A DNA stretch of 64,000 bases. Source: Eledone cirrhosa. Taxonomy: Eukaryota. Location: NCBI GenBank assembly GCA_964016885.1, contig OZ024742.1, positions 336,660,001-336,724,000 of the forward strand, read 5' to 3'. Shown here in pieces: positions 58,401-64,000 of this stretch; position 1 is the first letter of the stretch, and each line of letters begins with the position of its first letter. Position numbers and translations under genes: made by a program. The notes under the pieces are model-generated. The model saw only the letters and a program-made list of their open reading frames with translations, was not told the origin of the DNA and ran no database searches.

Positions 58401-61400
58401 CAGCATCACAAATATTACAACCAACGTCAACGTCAGCACCAACACCAACAACACCAACACCAGCACTAACGTCAACGTCAGCACCAACACCAACAACACC
58501 AACACCAGCACTAACGCCAACCACAGCATCACAAACATTACAACCAACGTCAACGTCAGCACCAACACCAGCAACACCAATACCAACACTAACGCCAACC
58601 TCAGCATCACAAACATTACAACCAACGTCAACGTCAGCACCAACAGCAACAACACCAACACTAACACTAACGCCAACCTCAGCATCACAAACATTACAAC
58701 CAACGTCAACGTCAGCACCAACACCAACAACACCAACACCAACACTAACGCCAACCTCAGCATCACAAACATTACAACCAACGTCAACGTCAGCACCAAC
58801 ACCAGCAACACCAACACTAACGCCAACCTCAGCATCACAAACATTACAACCAACGTCAACGTCAGCACCAACACCAACAACACCAACACCAGCACTAACG
58901 CCAACCTCAGCATCACAAACATTACAACCAACGTCAACGTCAGCACCAACACCAACAACACCAACACCAACACTAACGCCAACCTCAGCATCACAAACAT
59001 TACAACCAACGTCAACGTCAGCACCAACACCAACAACACCAACACCAGCACTAACGCCAACCTCAGCATCACAAACATTACAACCAACGTCAACATCAGC
59101 ACCAACACCAACAACACCAATACCAGCACTAACGCCAACCTCAGCATCACAAGCATTACAACCAACGTCAACGTCAGCACCAACACCAACAACACCAATA
59201 CCAACACTAACGCCAACCTCAGCATCACAAACGTTACAACCAACGTCAACGTCAGCACCAACAACACCAATACCAGCACTAACGCCAACCTCAGCATCAC
59301 AAACATTACAACCAACGTCAACGTCTGCACCAACACCAACAACACCAATACCAGCACTAGCGCCAACCTCAGCATCACAAACATTACAACCAACGTCAAC
59401 GTCAGCACCAACACCAACAACACCAACACCAACACTAACGCCAACCTAAGCATCACAAACATTACAACCAACGTCAACGTCAGCATCAACACCAACAACA
59501 CCAATACCAACACTAACGCCAACCTCAGCATCACAAACATTACAAACCAACGTCAACGTCAGCACCAACACCACCAACACCAACACTAACGCCAACCTCA
59601 GCATCACAAACATTACAACCAACGTCAACGTCAGCACCAACACCAACAACACCAACACCAGCACTAACGCCAACCTCAGCATCACACACATTACAACCAA
59701 CGTCAACGTCAGCACCAACACCAACAACACCAACACCAACACTAACGCCAACCTCAGCATCACAAACGTTACAACCAACGTTAACGTCAGCACCAACACC
59801 ACAACACCAACACCAGCACTAACGCCAACCTCAGCATGACAAACATTACAACCAACGTCAACGTCAGCACCAACACCAACAACACCAACACCAGCACTAA
59901 CGCTAACCTCAGCATCACAAATATTACAACCAACGTCAACGTCAGCACCAACACCAACAACACCAACACCAGCACTAACGCCAACCTCAGCATCACAAAC
60001 ATTACAACCAACGTCAACGTCAGCACCAACAAAAACAACACCAACACCAGCACTAACGCCAACCACAGCATCACAAACATTACAACCAACGTCAACGTCA
60101 GCACCAACACCAGCAACACCAATACCAACACTAACGCCAACCTCAGCATCACAAACATTACAACCAACGTCAACGTCAGCACCAACAGCAACAACACCAA
60201 CACTAACACTAACGCCAACCTCAGCATCACAAACATTACAACCAACGTCAACGTCAGCACCAACACCAACAACACCAACACCAACACTAACGCCAACCTC
60301 AGCATCACAAACATTACAACCAACGTCAACGTCAGCACCAACACCAACAACACCAACACTAACGCCAACCTCAGCATCACAAACATTACAACCAACGTCA
60401 ACGTCAGCACCAACACCAACAACACCAACACCAACACTAACGCCAACCTCAGCATCACAAACATTACAACCAACGTCAACATCAGCACCAACACCAACAA
60501 CACCAACACCAGCACTAACGCCAACCTCAGCATCACAAACATTACAACCAACGTCAACGTCAGCACCAACACCAACAACACCAACACCAACACTAACGCC
60601 AACCTCAGCATCACAAACATTACAACCAACGTCAACGTCAGCACCAACACCAACAACACCAACACCAACACTAACGCCAACCTCAGCATCACAAACATTA
60701 CAACCAACGTCAACGTCAGCACCAACACCAACAACACCAACACCAGCACTAACGCCAACCTCAGCATCACAAACATTACAACCAACGTCAACGTCAGCAC
60801 CAACACCAACACCAATACCAACACTAACGCCAACCTCAGCATCACAAACATTACAACCAACGTCAACGTCAGCACCAATACCAACAACACCAATACCAAC
60901 ACTAACGCCAACCTCAGCATCACAAACATTACAACCAACGTCAACGTCAGCACCAACACCACCAACACCAACACTAACGCCAACCTCAGCATCACAAACA
61001 TTACAACCAACGTCAACGTCAGCACCAACACCAACAACACCAACACCAACACTAACGCCAACCTCAGCATCACAAACATTTCAACCAACGTCAACGTCAG
61101 CACCAACACCAACAACACCAACACCAGCACTAACGCCAACCTCAGCATCACAAACATTACAACCAACGTCAACGCCAGCACCAACACCAACAACACCAAC
61201 ACCAACACTAACGCCAACCTCAGCATCACAAACATTACAACCAACGTCAACGTCAGCACCAACACCAACAACACCAATACCAACACTAACGCCAACCTCA
61301 GCATCACAAACATTACAACCAACGTCAACGTCAGCACCAACACCAACAACACCAATACCAACACTAACGCCAACCTCAGCATCACAAACATTACAACCAA

Positions 61401-64000
61401 CGTCAACGTCAGCACCAACACCAACAACACCAATACCAACACTAACGCCAACCTCAGCATCACAAACATTACAACCAACGTCAACGTCAGCACCAACACC
61501 AACAACACCAATACCAACACTAACACCAACCTCAGCATCACAAACATTACAACCAACGTCAACGTCAGCACCAACACCAACAACACCAATACCAACACTA
61601 ACGCCAACCTCAGCATCACAAACATTACAACCAACGTCAACGTCAGCACCAACACCAACAACACCAATACCAACACTAACGCCAACCTCAGCATCACAAA
61701 CATTACAACCAACGTCAACGTCAGCACCAACACCAACAACACCAATACCAACACTAACGCCAACCTCAGCATCACAAACATTACAACCAACGTCAACGTC
61801 AGCGCCAACACCAACAACACCAATACCAACACTAACGCCAACCTCAGCATCACAAACATTACAACCAACGTCAACGTCAGCACCAACACCAACAACACCA
61901 ATACCAACACTAACGCCAACCTCAGCATCACAAACATTACAACCAACGTCAACGTCAGCACCAACACCAACAACACCAATACCAACACTAACGCCAACCT
62001 CAGCATCACAAACATTACAACCAACGTCAACGTCAACACCAACACCAACAACACCAATACCAACACTAACGCCAACCTCAGCATCACAAACATTACAACC
62101 AACGTCAACGTCAGCACCAACACCAACAACACCAATACCAACACTAACGCCAACCTCAGCATCACAAACATTACAACCAACGTCAACGTCAGCACCAACA
62201 CCAGCAACACCAATACCAACACTAACGCCAACCTCAGCATCACAAACATTACAACCAACGTCAACGTCAGCACCAACACCAACAACACCAACACCAACAC
62301 TAACGCACACCTCAGCATCACAAAATTACAACCAACGTCAACGTCAGCACCAACACCAACAACACCAATACCAACACTAACGCCAACCTCAGCATCACAA
62401 ACATTACAACCAACGTCAACGTCAGCACCAACACCACCAACACCAACACTAACGCCAACCTCAGCATCACAAACATTACAACCAACGTCAACGTCAGCAC
62501 CAACACCAACAACACCAACACCAACACTAACGCCAACCTCAGCATCACAAACATTACAACCAACGTCAACGTCAGCACCAACACCAACAACACCAACACC
62601 AGCACTAACGCCAACCTCAGCATCACAAACATTACAACCAACGTCAACGTCAGCACCAACACCAACAACACCAACACCAACACTAACGCCAACCTCAGCA
62701 TCACAAACATTACAACCAACGTCAACGTCAGCACCAACACCAACAACACCAACACCAACACTAACGCCAACCTCAGCATCACAAACATTACAACCAACGT
62801 CAACGTCAGCACCAACACCAACAACACCAACACCAGCACTAACGCCAACCTCAGCATCACAAACATTACAACCAACGTCAACGCCAGCACCAACACCAAC
62901 AACACCAACACCAACACTAACGCCAACCTCAGCATCACAAACATTACAACCAACGTCAACGTCAGCACCAACAACACCAATACCAACACTAACGCCAACC
63001 TCAGCATCACAAACATTACAACCAACGTCAACGTCAGCACCAACACCAACAACACCAATACCAACACTAACGCCAACCTCAGCATCACAAACATTACAAC
63101 CAACGTCAACGTCAGCACCAACACCAACAACACCAATACCAACACTAACGCCAACCTCAGCATCACAAACATTACAACCAACGTCAACGTCAGCACCAAC
63201 ACCAACAACACCAACACCAACACTAACGCCAACCTCAGCATCACAAACATTACAACCAACGTCAACGTCAGCACCAACACCAACAACACCAACACCAGCA
63301 CTAACGCCAACCTCAGCATCACAAACATTACAACCAACGTCAACGCCAGCACCAACACCAACAACACCAACACCAACACTAACGCCAACCTCAGCATCAC
63401 AAACATTACGACCAACGTCAACGTCAACACCAACAACACCAACACCAACACTAACGCCAACCTCAGCATCACAAACATTACAACCAACGTCAACGTCAGC
63501 ACCAACACCAACAACACCAACACCAACACTAACGCCAACCTCAGCATCACAAACGTTACAACCAACGTCAACGCCAGCACCAACACCAACAACACCAACA
63601 CCAACACTAACGCGAACCTCAGCATCACAAACATTACAACCAACGTCAACGTCAGCACCAACACCAACAACACCAATACCAACACTAACGCCAACCTCAG
63701 CATCACAAACATTACAACCAACGTCAACGTCAGCACCAACACCAACAACACCAATACCAACACTAACGCCAACCTCAGCATCACAAACATTACAACCAAC
63801 GTCAACGTCAGCACCAACACCAACAACACCAACACCAACACTAACGCCAACCTCAGCATCACAAACATTACAACCAACGTCAACGTCAGCACCAACACCA
63901 ACAACACCAACACCAGCACTAACGCCAACCTCAGCATCACAAACATTACAACCAACGTCAACGTCAGCACCAACACCAACAACACCAACACCAACACTAA
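49425..64000 (+). repeat. 78-bp tandem minisatellite, about 185-190 units, running off the window; coding status unresolved
   Basis: Unit ACAACCAACGTCAACGTCAGCACCAACACCAACAACACCAACACCAGCACTAACGCCAACCTCAGCATCACAAACATT reads [26 protein letters not shown] or [26 protein letters not shown]. Confidence 0.97.

Noticed and set aside
49374-63997. Long minus-strand Leu/Val-rich and Gly/Val/Asp ORFs
   Set aside because: Antisense read-through of the 78-bp repeat, with no independent support.
49425-64000. CRISPR-like regular array
   Set aside because: Head-to-tail units without unique spacers, no cas genes, and a eukaryotic context.

Overview
AT-rich, repeat-dominated animal DNA, probably from an octopod cephalopod (inferred from the SINE families and the microsatellite load, not proven). 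No intact host protein-coding gene is evident, and almost all ORF-track entries are microsatellite artefacts. Bases 1-49 kb are a mosaic of (AT)n/(CA)n/(GA)n tracts packed with Penelope-like retroelements (PLEs). These include RT and GIY-YIG fragments of at least three lineages and a dozen or more small non-coding fold-back derivatives, together carrying roughly 30 type I hammerhead-ribozyme (HHR) motifs. Most copies share one architecture: two inverted arms between (AT)n tracts, one arm ending at a family-fixed TA-rich site and the other extending about 55-110 nt further. Also present are a (GATA)n-associated Tx1/L1-like LINE, a CRE-like restriction-endonuclease LINE fragment, two Helitrons, a piggyBac-type MITE, a Tc1-like MITE and tRNA-derived SINEs. 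From about 49.4 kb to the end lies a 78-bp minisatellite (about 185-190 units) that reads as Asn/Thr-rich in one frame and Pro/Thr/Ser mucin-like in another.
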